64,000 nucleotides of DNA from an uncultured Armatimonadetes bacterium (GCA_963717145.1 OY970325.1:5219248-5283247), one strand, 5' to 3'; counted from the stretch's first letter, positions 50,639 to 61,400 are shown. Notes: generated by a model from the letters alone, not told the origin. Made by a program: numbers and translations.

Positions 50639-50890
50639 TACACCCGGAGATGTCTGGTCTAGCGCAGCTTTCTTCTGCGGCAACTACGGTATATATACCG
50701 TGCTGTACTTGCCGCATAGTGCGGTAAGTCGCGCACTCCCCCAGGACGTGCCGTTGCCGCCGTCCCGCCGGATGGCCGGCACGGAGGCACGGCCACTACG
50801 GTTTTCGTCGCACCGGCCTGCTTGTCCTGCGAGGCAGGGAAACGGATGGTTTACAATCCCGGGCGCTTTCCACTATCATTGTCCCACGCA

Positions 50891-52870
50891 ATGAACACCC
50901 CGACAGCACCCGGAACCGATACGGCAACACGATACGACCGCGTCACACCGCGCGCGGTGATCCTGTCGCTCATCCTTGCGGTCATCAACGACTACTGGCT
51001 TGTCCAGATCGAGGTCGTGCGCTACTCCTTCGCCACCTATGCCGCGCCGTTCTACAACTGCATCTTCACCCTCCTGGTCGTCACGGCGGCGAGCTTCCTT
51101 GTCAAGCGGCGATTCCCGCGGCTCGCGCTCAGCCGGGTCGAGCTGATAACCGTCTACGTCATGCTCTCGATCACCAGCGCCGTCTGCTCCCACAACATGA
51201 TGGAGGTGCTCGTCTCGCTGATGGGCTACGCGTTCTTCTTCCAGACGCCGGAGAACGGGTGGGGCAAGCTCTTCATCGACAAGATTCCGAAGTGGCTGAC
51301 TGTAAGTGACCCGGAGAGCCTGAAGCACTTCTATTACGGGCACTCCACGCTCTACGATCCGGTCAACTACACTCCGTGGATCGTGCCGGTGCTCTCGTGG
51401 TCGGCGTTCTCGGCAGTCCTGCTCTTCACCATGCTGTGCATCAACAGCATCCTCCGCAAGCAGTGGGTCGAGGCCGAGCGGCTGACCTTCCCGTGTATCA
51501 TGCTCCCCCTCGAGATGACCGAAGAATCCGGCTCGCTCTTCCGAAACCGCTACATGTGGATGGGGTTCGCCATCGCCGGTTTCCTCACGTTTCTGGCCGG
51601 CCTCAACTATCTCTATCCATCGATCCCCTGCGTTCGGATCGTGCGCCAGAACTTCGGGCAGTACATCGTGAACCCACCGTGGAATGCGATCGGCGCGATC
51701 ATCGTCGGCTTCTACTTCTGGGCGATCGGGATCGCGTTCCTGATGCCGCTCGAGCTTTCGTTCTCATGCTGGTTCTTCTACTGGGTCGTCAAGATGGAGA
51801 TAGTCGGCACGCGGATCCTGGGCCTTAACGAGCTGAATGTCGTCGGCGGGAGCTTCGACCGGACCTATCCGTTCCTGATCTCGCAGTCCTACGGCGGGTA
51901 CCTCGGCTTCTTCGCGATGAGCATGTGGTCGAGCCGCCGCTACCTCAGGCGCGTCTTCCGGACCGCCTTCCTCGGCACGAAGGAGGAGGACGAGTCCCGG
52001 GAGGCCCTGAGTTACCGATCGGCGATCCTCGGCCTGATCGGAGGACTGCTGTTCCTGGGCACATTCGCCTACCGAATGGGCATGTCGATCCCGATCATCA
52101 TCGCATTCTTCGTGCTCTATCTGACATTCGCGATCATCATCAGCCGCATCCGGGCCGAACTCGGCTTCCCGACTCACGATATGCACCAGATGAACCCACC
52201 GTACCCCATCACGACGGCTTTGGGCACGGAGAACATCGACGCGCAGAACCTGGTCGGCTTCTCGCTGTTCTACTGGTTCAACCGCACCTACGCGAGCCAT
52301 CCGTCACCGCACCAGTTGGAGGCGTTCAAGCTGTCGGAGCGAGTCGGCAATCCCGCGAGGCAGATGTTCTTCGCCGTCATGATCGCCGGCATCTTCGCGC
52401 TCCCGATCGGATTCTGGAAGCTCCTGCACACGTACTACCACAACGGCGGCGCGACGGCCAACATGGAGATGTGGGCGCTCACGTTCGGAAGCGAGGCTTG
52501 GAACAGGCTCGGCACGTGGATCAAGCAGCCGACCCAGCCGAGCGTGCTCTCGCTCGGGTTCGTTGGCGTCGGGTTCGCGATTTCGACGATCCTCGCGTGG
52601 CTGAGAATGCGGTTCTTCTGGTTCCCATTCCATCCGCTCGCGTATGCCCTCGGCCCGAGTTGGGGGATCGCGCAACTCTGGATGCCGATCTTCATCGGGA
52701 GCACCGCCAAATTCCTCGTGCTGCGGTTCGGGGGACTCAAGCAGTACCGGAAGGCGATCCCTTTCTTCTTCGGGCTGATCCTCGGCGAGATCACGGTCGG
52801 AAGCCTCTGGACGATCATCGGGATCGTGCTCGGCATCCCGACCTACGACTTCTGGCCGGGGAAGATGTAG
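50891..52870 (+). CDS. Large polytopic membrane protein, paralog 3
   Basis: ILRKQWVEAERLTFP, WFFYWVV, FPFHPLAYAL and LRFGG motifs shared with paralogs 1 and 2. 660 aa. Confidence 0.6.
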   Translation: MNTPTAPGTDTATRYDRVTPRAVILSLILAVINDYWLVQIEVVRYSFATYAAPFYNCIFTLLVVTAASFLVKRRFPRLALSRVELITVYVMLSITSAVCSHNMMEVLVSLMGYAFFFQTPENGWGKLFIDKIPKWLTVSDPESLKHFYYGHSTLYDPVNYTPWIVPVLSWSAFSAVLLFTMLCINSILRKQWVEAERLTFPCIMLPLEMTEESGSLFRNRYMWMGFAIAGFLTFLAGLNYLYPSIPCVRIVRQNFGQYIVNPPWNAIGAIIVGFYFWAIGIAFLMPLELSFSCWFFYWVVKMEIVGTRILGLNELNVVGGSFDRTYPFLISQSYGGYLGFFAMSMWSSRRYLRRVFRTAFLGTKEEDESREALSYRSAILGLIGGLLFLGTFAYRMGMSIPIIIAFFVLYLTFAIIISRIRAELGFPTHDMHQMNPPYPITTALGTENIDAQNLVGFSLFYWFNRTYASHPSPHQLEAFKLSERVGNPARQMFFAVMIAGIFALPIGFWKLLHTYYHNGGATANMEMWALTFGSEAWNRLGTWIKQPTQPSVLSLGFVGVGFAISTILAWLRMRFFWFPFHPLAYALGPSWGIAQLWMPIFIGSTAKFLVLRFGGLKQYRKAIPFFFGLILGEITVGSLWTIIGIVLGIPTYDFWPGKM

Positions 52871-52971
52871 GCCGGAGTTCCGTCATGCACCGCTTGACGC
52901 TGTCCCCGAAATACCGGATAATCACTTATGGAAACCAACTCCGTGTTGGAACACGTCATGGAGGATATCCG

Positions 52972-54087
52972 ATGCGTATAACTCTCGTAATACTGGCTCT
53001 GCTCAGCATAGTCACAGCGGCCTGCGCGGCCGATGGTCAAGCATTCCTCGGCATGTTTGCCGAGACGAGCATCATGCAGATCGCGGGCATGCCCGAGATG
53101 CCGCCCATTCCGCCCGGCATCGAGATGCCGAACATCCCCGGCATGGAGGGGATGATGAGCATGGGCAAACCCGTCCGATCGTTCACCGTGAGACTCTGGT
53201 CGCCTGGGATCGCTCCGGAGGGCGCAACGGCAGGCATCGTTCCGCCCGAGGGCCTGAAACAGGGGAACAGACTCGACCTCGAACTCTATCGACCCAAGGC
53301 CGAGAAGTCCGAAACCGGCGGTGAGACCGGTCCGGGCCAGGATGGGGGCAAGATTCCCGACTTCACGATCAAGTACTACTGGGGATCGTCCGCCACAGTC
53401 AGGCCCGGCCAGCCGAAGATCATCAGCTCGAAGTCGATGACCGCTGAAGCGAAACAGCTTATGGAGAAGGAGCGACCGGCGGCCAGGGGAGGCTCATCCT
53501 ACTTCTACAAGCCCGACTGGACCACCGCATACTGGCCGACCAAGAAGCAGCCCGGCAAGATCGCCAAGGATGCGGCGCTGCCCGGGAAGTACGCCCTGAC
53601 GACCAGCTACACCGGCAATGTCGAACTCGATTGCCCGCCGAACGTCGACTTCCTCGCGCCGATCAAGCTCGTCAGCCCGAGCCTGGCGGATCCGGTGGAT
53701 CTCTCCGGCGTCTTGACGCTCAAATGGAAGCCGATCCCGAACCTGCTCGGCTCTCATGCCGTCATCATGGGCATGGAGGGCAAGGACACGCTCATCATGT
53801 GGAGTTCCGCCGAAATCTGGCGCGACGATATCATGTCGGTCGACTGGGGCTACCTCCAGATGGCGGAAGTCCAGCAGTATGTCAAGGACCAGATCATGAT
53901 GCCCGGCGCGCAGACGCAGTTTGTCGTCCCCGCGGGCATCTTCAAGGAGAGCGATATGGCCTCGCTAACGATGACCGGTTATGGCCCGGGCGCGGCTCGA
54001 ATGGACACTCAGCCGCTGCCCCGCATCCAGACCAAGACGAAGCTCACAGTCCAGCTCGGCGGCAAAGCCGTCGGGGAGATGAAGTGA
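52972..54087 (+). CDS. Secreted hypothetical protein with a Met/Pro/Gly-rich N-terminal region
   Basis: RBS-spaced ATG at 52972. Signal peptide MRITLVILALLSIVTAACA. The caller ORF 51925-54087 is a spurious upstream extension that overlaps the membrane-protein gene. Confidence 0.5.
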   Translation: MRITLVILALLSIVTAACAADGQAFLGMFAETSIMQIAGMPEMPPIPPGIEMPNIPGMEGMMSMGKPVRSFTVRLWSPGIAPEGATAGIVPPEGLKQGNRLDLELYRPKAEKSETGGETGPGQDGGKIPDFTIKYYWGSSATVRPGQPKIISSKSMTAEAKQLMEKERPAARGGSSYFYKPDWTTAYWPTKKQPGKIAKDAALPGKYALTTSYTGNVELDCPPNVDFLAPIKLVSPSLADPVDLSGVLTLKWKPIPNLLGSHAVIMGMEGKDTLIMWSSAEIWRDDIMSVDWGYLQMAEVQQYVKDQIMMPGAQTQFVVPAGIFKESDMASLTMTGYGPGAARMDTQPLPRIQTKTKLTVQLGGKAVGEMK

Positions 54088-54096
54088 CCATGGGCT

Positions 54097-54155
54097 GTAG
54101 GGGCGCGCCTTGTGCCGCCCGAGATAGGGCTGCGGGCGGCACAAGGCGCGCCCCT
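54097..54155. repeat. Family B REP hairpin (GCGC variant)
   Basis: GTAGGGGCGCGCCTTGTGCCGCCCGAGATAGGGCTGCGGGCGGCACAAGGCGCGCCCCTAC. Confidence 0.8.
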
Positions 54156-54184
54156 ACAGCCTAAGTGTCTAAGAGGAACTCATC

Positions 54185-55694
54185 ATGGCGGATGAAACCA
54201 GATTGACGAGACTCGAGCCCGGCATGCCGATACTCATCGGCGGCGACCGGGTCGTGCACGTCTCGCAGGAATTGGCGGACAGGTTCCGGCCCGGTGACAA
54301 GCTGATCGTCGTGCGCAAGACCGGCGAGATACTGCACATACCCGCGGCCGTCGACCAACTGGCGACCGAGGCCGTCAGCCGCGCCCTTCAGGCATTCCGT
54401 GACCAGCAGAGCGCATCGGACGAGCAGTTCACGCTGTTCTACAATTCGTTCGCAGGCCGCCTCGCCGACGACGCGGTATGGAACGAGATCGCCAGGATCA
54501 ACGTGCAGGATGTCGATCGCGCGAAGTCCAAGGGGCGCTCGACCACGCGCCTCGTCGCCGGCGACAAGATGCGTCGGGACATGATCGCCGGACTTGCACA
54601 GTGGGCGGAACTGGAATCGCGACGTGACAAGGTGACCGGCCGGGTCGAGCACGAGGGCTGGGTCGTCGAGGAGGTCGTCAGCCCGTGCGGGGTCGTCGCG
54701 TTCGTGTTCGAGGGGCGGCCGAACGTCCTGGCCGACGCGACCGGCGTGCTCCGGAGCGGCAACACCGCCGTCTTCCGCATCGGAAGCGACGCCCTGAACA
54801 CGGCACAAGCGATCATGGAACTCGCGCTCCGGCCCGCGTTGATCGACGCCGGACTGCCCGAGTATTCCGTCACGCTTCTGGAGAGCGCCGAGCATTCCGC
54901 CGGATGGGCGCTCTTCGCCGATCCCAGGCTCGCGCTGGCGGTCGCTCGCGGAACGGGCCGAACGGTCGATACACCTGGGCGCCATCGCCCGGGAGGCCGG
55001 GAACGACGTGAGCCTCCATGGAACCGGCGGCGGGTGGATCATCGCCGATACCCACGCCGACCCCGACAAGTTCGAACTCGCGGTCTACAATTCCCTCGAC
55101 CGCAAGGTCTGCAACACGGTCACTGTGATCTGCATCCCCCACTCGCGGGCGGGCGATCTCGTCCCGAAGCTCTTGAGCGCCCTTCAGAAACGCGGCGAGA
55201 AGCTCGGACACGGCTACCGGCTGCACGTCGCTCACGGGAGTGAGGACATAATCCCCAAGGAGCTGTTCACCACCGAGACCGAGGTCCTCCGGGCAACCGG
55301 CGCGGTGCACGAGTTGACCGCGACCGTCTGGCCCGCCGATCAGCTCGGCCACGAGTGGGAGTGGGAGCAGACGCCCGAGGTCACGGTGGTCGCGATCCAC
55401 GATCTCGATGAGGGTATCCGGCTCTTCAACGAGCAGTCGCCGCTGATGGTGGCGTCGCTGATCAGCGAGGATGAGGCCGCGCACGAGAAGCTCCTACGGG
55501 AACTGAACGCGCCATTCATCGGGAACGGCTTCACTCGCTGGGTCGACGGCCAGTACGCGCTCTGTCGCCCGGAACTCGGGCTCTCGAACTGGCAGAACGG
55601 CCGGCTCCTCGCCCGCGCCGCGGTCCTCACCGGCGACGGTGTCTTTACCGTGAAGTTGAGGGTCAAGCAGTCCGATCCGGACGTGCATCGGTAG
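54185..55694 (+). CDS. Gamma-glutamyl-phosphate-reductase-like (ProA-like) aldehyde dehydrogenase with an N-terminal extra domain, split by a frameshift near 54975
   Basis: CGVVAFVFEGRPNVLADATGVLRSGNTAVFRIGS matches the ProA core. The frame switches from ...ALAVARG to IHLGAIAREAGNDVSLHGTGGGWIIAD after a 1-nt shift. Confidence 0.6.
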
Positions 55695-55756
55695 TCCGTA
55701 GGGGAGGCCTTCGACGGCCTCCCGCCCGCCTGTGGACCGATTGGAGGGTTGACGAC

Positions 55757-55984
55757 ATGGCTTCTTCGCCCAGTATGCCGGCAAAGCGAATTCCGTGGAA
55801 GATCGCTCTACGGGTCTTGTTCTTTGTCGGTGCTTCCTACCTGGCCTTCAGAAGATGGACACAGTGGCAGAACGGCGATTCGACTGCCGTCCTGTTCGCC
55901 ATTGTCTGGGTGCTTGTAGCCCTGAGTCAGTTGCTCCAGATAGTGTACCCAAACCTGCTATCGAAGCCTGATAGGCCCGAGTGA
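55757..55984 (+). CDS. Small two-TM hypothetical membrane protein
   Basis: 75-aa ORF with two hydrophobic helices. Weak support. Confidence 0.3.
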   Translation: MASSPSMPAKRIPWKIALRVLFFVGASYLAFRRWTQWQNGDSTAVLFAIVWVLVALSQLLQIVYPNLLSKPDRPE

Positions 55985-56127
55985 CTGCTTCCTCACCACC
56001 GAATGGCGAGGCTATCGATGTCCAAACAAGCTGAAGCAAGCTAGTTTGAGTCCGAGCTTGCCTCAGCTTGCTTCTCGTACCACTGGCCTGGGGATTTGAT
56101 GCCCAGGCAGTCGAGGACCATATGCAT

Positions 56128-58269
56128 TTCGCTCTCATAGTCGCCCTGCTCGCAATATCAGCCGCACACGGAGGGACCATGGACACCCTGAGGACCGAGT
56201 TCGCCAATCCGGGGAACGACTACCGCGCGATTCCGATGGAGTTCGACTATGCCAAGCCAACCGAGTTCGCCGACAAGCTCGTCGATGGCAAGTGGGGTGG
56301 GGCGCACTTCAACTACCCCCACGGCGGTCCGGGATACCTCCGCGACGAGGCGGGATGGGACCAGTACAAGGCGGCGGTGGCGGCGTGCCGGGAGCGCGGG
56401 CTGAACGTCTGGATCTACGACGAAATGGGCTACCCGAGCGGCCGCGCGGGCGGCCACGTCCTGGAGGGCCATCCCGAGTACGAATCCCAGGGCCTCTTCT
56501 ATGACTCCAGAGACATCGCGGTCGGCAAGGATGGGCAGACGATCGAGTGGCGCGTCCCCGAGGGCGCGCCGTTCTACGTGGCGGTCGCGCAGGTCGATTG
56601 GGGCGGCGGTCTCTACGACATTACCGAGGTCACGGACAAGGTGACGGACGGCGTCCTGAAGATGGAGTTGAAGCCCGGCAGTTGGCGGCTGATGGCGTTC
56701 GTCCAGAACCGCCTGCGGGAAGGCACGCACGCCTCGATCGCATTCGGGCCATACATCAACATCATGGATCCCGATGCAGTAAGAAGCTTCATCGAGATCA
56801 CCCACGACGCCTTCTATGCCCACTGCGGCCCGGATTTCGGCACTACGATCAAGGCCGTCTTCAACGACGAGGTCTCGCTGATGAGCGGCTTCCTCACCGA
56901 TGACGCGCAGCCCCATCCCGCGGTCGCCTGGTATCACGGCCTGCCGGAGATCTTCCGGAAGCGGACCGGCTACGACATCCGCGAGTGCCTGCCCGCTCTC
57001 TTCAACAACGTCGGGCCGGATACCGCCCGGAAGCGATGTGATTACTATTCAGTGATCGCCCAGCAGGTCGCGGAGTCGTTCTTCAAGCAGGTCCGCGAAT
57101 GGTGCGAGGCGCACAAGGTCGCGTCCACCGGCCATCTGCTGTGGGAGGAGTCGCTGATCTTCCATGCCAACTTCTACGGCAGCGTCTTCCCCTCGCTGAA
57201 GGAACTCGACTGGCCGGGGATCGACGTGCTCGGCGCGGGATATGGGAACACATCCGGCTCGCACGTCGAGGGCGGGCCGGTCACCCCGAAGCTGATCGGC
57301 TCGGCGGCGCACATCTATGACAAGAAGCGCACGATGTCCGAGTCGTTCTGCTTCGTCACCGGCAAGACGCCGATCGAGGAACTCCTCGCGCACATCGCCT
57401 GGCAGCAGGTGCTCGGCATCAACAGCTTCACGACGCTGAGCATCAACGACCAGTACCCGGCGGAGTCGTTCCGCCTGCTGAACGACTACACCGGCCGCCT
57501 GAGCTACATGCTCACACAGGGACGCTTCACGGCGGATGTGGCGATTCTCTACCCGATCGCCTCCGTGTGGGCCGACTTCAAGCCGACGAACCGCCATGTC
57601 CACCACCTCGACGACAACCCGAAGGCTAAGGATGTCGATGACGCCTGGCGCGCGATCTCCCAGGAGGTGCTCGCCTGCCAGCGCGATTTCGACTACCTCG
57701 ATGAGGATGCGGTCCGGCGCGCGAAGATATCCTCAGGCAAGCTGATGATCGGGAAGAACGCCTACTCGGTCCTCATCCTCCCGCACGTCACGACGCTCGA
57801 CTACTCGACCCTCAAGCGGATCAAGCAGTTCGTCGATGCCGGCGGGACGGTGATCTCCTACGAGACGCTCCCCTACACCCGCGCCGATGCAGGCCCGGCG
57901 GATGAGCATCGCGCCCTCGTCGACGACCTCTGGGATGGCAAGGGCGTCATCCATACCGAGACCATGCCCTCATTCCGCGAGGCTCTGAGGTCGAGCGGCA
58001 CCCCCGACCTCGTCATCACTCCATCGACTCCCCATATCTACTACCAGCACCGCATCCTCCCCGCAGGCGACATCTTCTTCCTCGTCAACAACTCGACCGA
58101 CCCCGTCACCGGCGACTTCGCCTTCCGCGCATCCGGCAAGCCTGAGGTCTGGAATCCCCAAACCGCCGAGACCTCCCCCGCCGACGCCTCGAAGAAGAAC
58201 GGCATGACCACCCTCCACCTCACCCTCCCGCCGAGAAGCGGGAGGTTCGCGGCATTCCGGGGCCAATGA
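56128..58269 (+). CDS. Putative glycoside-hydrolase-like protein (family unassigned)
   Basis: Signal-like N-terminus MHFALIVALLAISAAHG. WIYDEMGYPSG and STGHLLWEESLIFH motifs. About 713 aa. Confidence 0.45.
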   Translation, partial: FALIVALLAISAAHGGTMDTLRTEFANPGNDYRAIPMEFDYAKPTEFADKLVDGKWGGAHFNYPHGGPGYLRDEAGWDQYKAAVAACRERGLNVWIYDEMGYPSGRAGGHVLEGHPEYESQGLFYDSRDIAVGKDGQTIEWRVPEGAPFYVAVAQVDWGGGLYDITEVTDKVTDGVLKMELKPGSWRLMAFVQNRLREGTHASIAFGPYINIMDPDAVRSFIEITHDAFYAHCGPDFGTTIKAVFNDEVSLMSGFLTDDAQPHPAVAWYHGLPEIFRKRTGYDIRECLPALFNNVGPDTARKRCDYYSVIAQQVAESFFKQVREWCEAHKVASTGHLLWEESLIFHANFYGSVFPSLKELDWPGIDVLGAGYGNTSGSHVEGGPVTPKLIGSAAHIYDKKRTMSESFCFVTGKTPIEELLAHIAWQQVLGINSFTTLSINDQYPAESFRLLNDYTGRLSYMLTQGRFTADVAILYPIASVWADFKPTNRHVHHLDDNPKAKDVDDAWRAISQEVLACQRDFDYLDEDAVRRAKISSGKLMIGKNAYSVLILPHVTTLDYSTLKRIKQFVDAGGTVISYETLPYTRADAGPADEHRALVDDLWDGKGVIHTETMPSFREALRSSGTPDLVITPSTPHIYYQHRILPAGDIFFLVNNSTDPVTGDFAFRASGKPEVWNPQTAETSPADASKKNGMTTLHLTLPPRSGRFAAFRGQ

Positions 58270-58284
58270 GGCAGAGCTGGCGCA

Positions 58285-59484
58285 CTACAGACCCTTGCAC
58301 GCTTCTTTGGTCACGTCCAGTCCCGCGAACGGTTTCACCTGTCGAATGTCCGGGATGCGTACCCCTTCCCAGATGTAGGTCGGGCTGCCATCGTAGACCA
58401 GGTATAGCTCGGCCACATAGTCATACTCGCGCTTGAGGAGGGCCTCCCGGTTTGCCTTGATCTCGGTCTCAATGGCGTTGACCGCTGCGGCGTCCATTCC
58501 GGCATCGCTTGCGATCTGTTTCCACGGCGCATCACCGGCGGCGCGCTGACCCAGGTATTCAGGGAACGACTTCGGGAACCTGTCTCGGATGACGATCTGC
58601 ACCAGGTCCTCGTTGAGCTCATCCTCGCCGTGCATCGATGTGAACTTGTCCTTACCGTCGACCTGACGCTTGTAGAGGATGTAATGAACGTCGAGTTGGG
58701 GAGTCTGACCGTCCGGTGTGGCCGTTCGCAGGAACGATATGATGGCCGATTCCGCGCGCTTGGCGAACGGGCACTGGCTCATGACCAGTAGGTCGAGAGT
58801 GTTCGTCCTCCGCTCCGCGAACCGTGTCACCTCTATCTCATCGCCGGCCTTGAGGTAGCCGGTCACGACTGTCGGTTTGCCGATTCGCGATCGCAGGTTG
58901 TCGAGCAGAGAGCCCGTGACCTTGTAGGAGTAGGAAGCGTTCCGGATGTATACGTTGCCATCAGCGGCGGATAGAGTTCCCGCGAACGTCACCGTATCCC
59001 AGACCGGGTGGGCCTTCGCCTCATCCAGCTTCGTCATGAGCGACTTGAGAGCTGCGAACTCCTTCTTCGCCGTATCGCTCAGCTTGCCGAAGTCCGCCGC
59101 GCTCACCATATCGGCTGCCTTCGATGCCAGGGAGACTCGCCAGGAATCGATCAGCGCAGAGTCTTTGACGGTAATGGTCCACTCCACATCGGTCGCGATT
59201 CGCTCGAGTTTGGCGGTGAATTCGGTCCTACCTCCTTGTGCGCTCAGACTCCGCTGAGCGGCGTCCACCAACAGCGAGAACTCCAACGGTGCAAGGCTCA
59301 GTTCATAGCGGAGCCCGCTGCTCGCTAATCCCGGATCCGACGCGGCCCGTACGCAGACAGCGGTAGCGAGAGCGAAGGATCCCAGGACCGTCACAACGAC
59401 AATCCACCTGGACCATAATCTCCGCCGACCGAGGAGCATATTGCGGGCCATTTCGCCCAGTGAGTTGCTATGGTGAACAGACAC
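58285..59484 (-). CDS. Membrane-anchored protein with a DsbA-like thioredoxin-fold domain (degenerate CxxC, reads CPFA)
   Basis: N-terminal TM helix. [18 protein letters not shown] in DsbA-like context. Low-moderate confidence. Confidence 0.45.
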   Translation of the reverse strand: MSVHHSNSLGEMARNMLLGRRRLWSRWIVVVTVLGSFALATAVCVRAASDPGLASSGLRYELSLAPLEFSLLVDAAQRSLSAQGGRTEFTAKLERIATDVEWTITVKDSALIDSWRVSLASKAADMVSAADFGKLSDTAKKEFAALKSLMTKLDEAKAHPVWDTVTFAGTLSAADGNVYIRNASYSYKVTGSLLDNLRSRIGKPTVVTGYLKAGDEIEVTRFAERRTNTLDLLVMSQCPFAKRAESAIISFLRTATPDGQTPQLDVHYILYKRQVDGKDKFTSMHGEDELNEDLVQIVIRDRFPKSFPEYLGQRAAGDAPWKQIASDAGMDAAAVNAIETEIKANREALLKREYDYVAELYLVYDGSPTYIWEGVRIPDIRQVKPFAGLDVTKEACKGL

Positions 59485-60475
59485 AGCAAGTTCCAGTGGG
59501 GCCGCTGCGGTTACAAGTACCCGTGTCGGAGGTTACGCCGCAGGAACCGTGTGATTCGGCGATGACCCGGCCAACACATATGTTGCTGCATGGCGTTTCG
59601 GCTGACTGGCACACCGCACTTGTGTGCACCGCAGGACCTGCTGGACCCTCAGTTCCCTGTGGTCCGGTGGGTCCGGTAGCACCAGTGGCCCCGGTAGGTC
59701 CTTGCGGGCCCTGAGGTCCTTGCGGACCTTGCGTCCCTTCTGCACCTGTGTCGCCCTTAGCCCCCGCAAGCCCTTGAAGTCCCTGTGCTCCGGCATCACC
59801 CTTGGGTCCTTGCAGGCCTTGCGGTCCCTGCGGACCGGGTTCACCCTGAGGGCCCTGCAACCCCTGCGTCGCCGCGGTCACCTGCAATGACCCATCCGCG
59901 AATTGGACACCGCCGGTCGATCTGATCACACCGATCACGTCCAGTGCTGTCAGGGGACTCCCGGTTCCGATCCCCAACGACCCGGTGACGTACACGTTGC
60001 CGATAAACCGGCCCGCCGGTCCTGCGCCAAGGTTAGTGACCTGGAACGCCGGCAGGTCGCTCGACGCACTCCCTGCGAACGGCAGTGAGAGGTCTGCCGC
60101 ACGTATTGCATACGGCGCGGTCGTCAGCCGTGTGCGAGGGCAGAGCTCCGCCGAACTGAGAGGCTGCATGCCGAGCCAGTATTGCCTGTCGAACGGCAGA
60201 GCGATCGGTGTCACCGCGCCGAGGTTGACGTTGAATACACCGCCGCTGGTCTGAACGCTCTGAACCTCCTGCCAGAGCGCCGTGCCCTGTCCGCAGGTTC
60301 CCACATCATACAGGCGGAATGTCACGCTCTGCACGCCGTCACTCACCGGCTGGCCGAGCGAGTTGGTCAGCTTGCCCTGTAACGTGAGTATCCTCGGCAC
60401 GTCACCGAGAACTCCAGCGGCCAACAGATGCGACAAAGTTAGCAGCATCACGAATGGAACCAAGTGTGTCTTCAT
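59468..60475 (-). CDS. Secreted protein with collagen-like Gly-X-Y repeats and a Cys-rich C-terminus
   Basis: Signal peptide [22 protein letters not shown]-terminal domain shared with the next gene. About 30 G-X-Y triplets ([22 protein letters not shown]...). C-terminus CVCSP. Confidence 0.65.
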   Translation of the reverse strand: MKTHLVPFVMLLTLSHLLAAGVLGDVPRILTLQGKLTNSLGQPVSDGVQSVTFRLYDVGTCGQGTALWQEVQSVQTSGGVFNVNLGAVTPIALPFDRQYWLGMQPLSSAELCPRTRLTTAPYAIRAADLSLPFAGSASSDLPAFQVTNLGAGPAGRFIGNVYVTGSLGIGTGSPLTALDVIGVIRSTGGVQFADGSLQVTAATQGLQGPQGEPGPQGPQGLQGPKGDAGAQGLQGLAGAKGDTGAEGTQGPQGPQGPQGPTGATGATGPTGPQGTEGPAGPAVHTSAVCQSAETPCSNICVGRVIAESHGSCGVTSDTGTCNRSGPTGTCCVCSP

Positions 60476-60529
60476 ATTCCGTTTCTCCCTACTCGAACCC
60501 TTGATCGGACATAGTTGCCGAGCCGGATG

Positions 60530-61354
60530 CTACAGCTTCATGATGAACGCCAGGGCATAGAACGGCGGGCAGTTCTCATGAGGCTGGTTGCCGCCCGTTG
60601 CGCCCGTCTGTACACTCTCGGGACGCTGCACGCCATCCTGGCCGCCATTACACCCGGCCCAAGCATGGCCGCTCTCAGTATGCGTATGCGACGGCATCTC
60701 GGCCACGGTCAGGGTATGTTGATGCTCTCCGCCGGTGAGCATCGGACTCCCCTTCACGGTGGTATAGGCTACTCCTCCGACATCCTGGCTTGCCCCGACA
60801 AGGAACCTGTCCCTCAGATTGGGCGTCCCGTTCGTCCCGTCGCAGATCACCCAGCCCTGAGGGATCGTGGCAATCGAGCCCGACCACATCAGGATTACAC
60901 CGGACGGTACTACTCCGACTCCTGCCGCAAGCTTTTCAGGCGTGATCGCGCCGTCCTTTACCGTATCCGCTATCTCCGCCCTCACTGCATACGGCGCGGT
61001 CGTCAGTCGCGTGCGAGGGCACAGCTCCGAACCCGTTGCCGGCTGCATCCCGAGCCAATACTGCTTGTCGAACGGCAGACCAATCGCCGTTACTGCACCG
61101 AGGTTCACGTTGAACACTCCGCCGTTGGTCTGAACGTTCTGGACCTCCTGCCACAGAGCTGTGCCTTGCCCGCACGTTTCCACGTCGTAGAGCCGGAATG
61201 TCACACTCTGCACCCCGTCACTCACCGGCTGGCCGAGCGAATCGGTCAGCTTGCCCTGAAGTGTCAATACTCTCGGCACCTCGCCGAATGCACCGGCGGC
61301 CAGTGCACATAACATCATTGTTACTACGGCATATCGCAACACAAGCGTCCTCAT
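60530..61354 (-). CDS. Secreted protein with a phage tail-collar (MdpB-like) C-terminal domain. Shares its N-terminal domain with the collagen-like protein.
   Basis: AAGGAGG RBS before the ATG. Signal peptide MRTLVLRYAVVTMMLCALAAGAFG. C-terminal LMWSGSIATIPQGWVICDGTNGTPNLRDRFLVGA ... NCPPFYALAFIMKL is the tail-collar signature. Confidence 0.65.
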   Translation of the reverse strand: MRTLVLRYAVVTMMLCALAAGAFGEVPRVLTLQGKLTDSLGQPVSDGVQSVTFRLYDVETCGQGTALWQEVQNVQTNGGVFNVNLGAVTAIGLPFDKQYWLGMQPATGSELCPRTRLTTAPYAVRAEIADTVKDGAITPEKLAAGVGVVPSGVILMWSGSIATIPQGWVICDGTNGTPNLRDRFLVGASQDVGGVAYTTVKGSPMLTGGEHQHTLTVAEMPSHTHTESGHAWAGCNGGQDGVQRPESVQTGATGGNQPHENCPPFYALAFIMKL

Positions 61355-61400
61355 CCCTCTTTCCTCCTTTGTGATATCTCCATCAGTACACCAGCGATAG

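Noticed and set aside
51925-52971. Upstream 350-aa extension of the ORF ending at 54087
   Set aside because: It overlaps the well-supported membrane-protein gene in another frame and translates to Arg/Pro-rich nonsense. The real gene starts at the RBS-spaced ATG at 52972 with a signal peptide.
59468-61354. Prophage
   Set aside because: Only a tail-collar domain and a collagen-like protein are present. There is no capsid, terminase, integrase or lysis gene in the vicinity.
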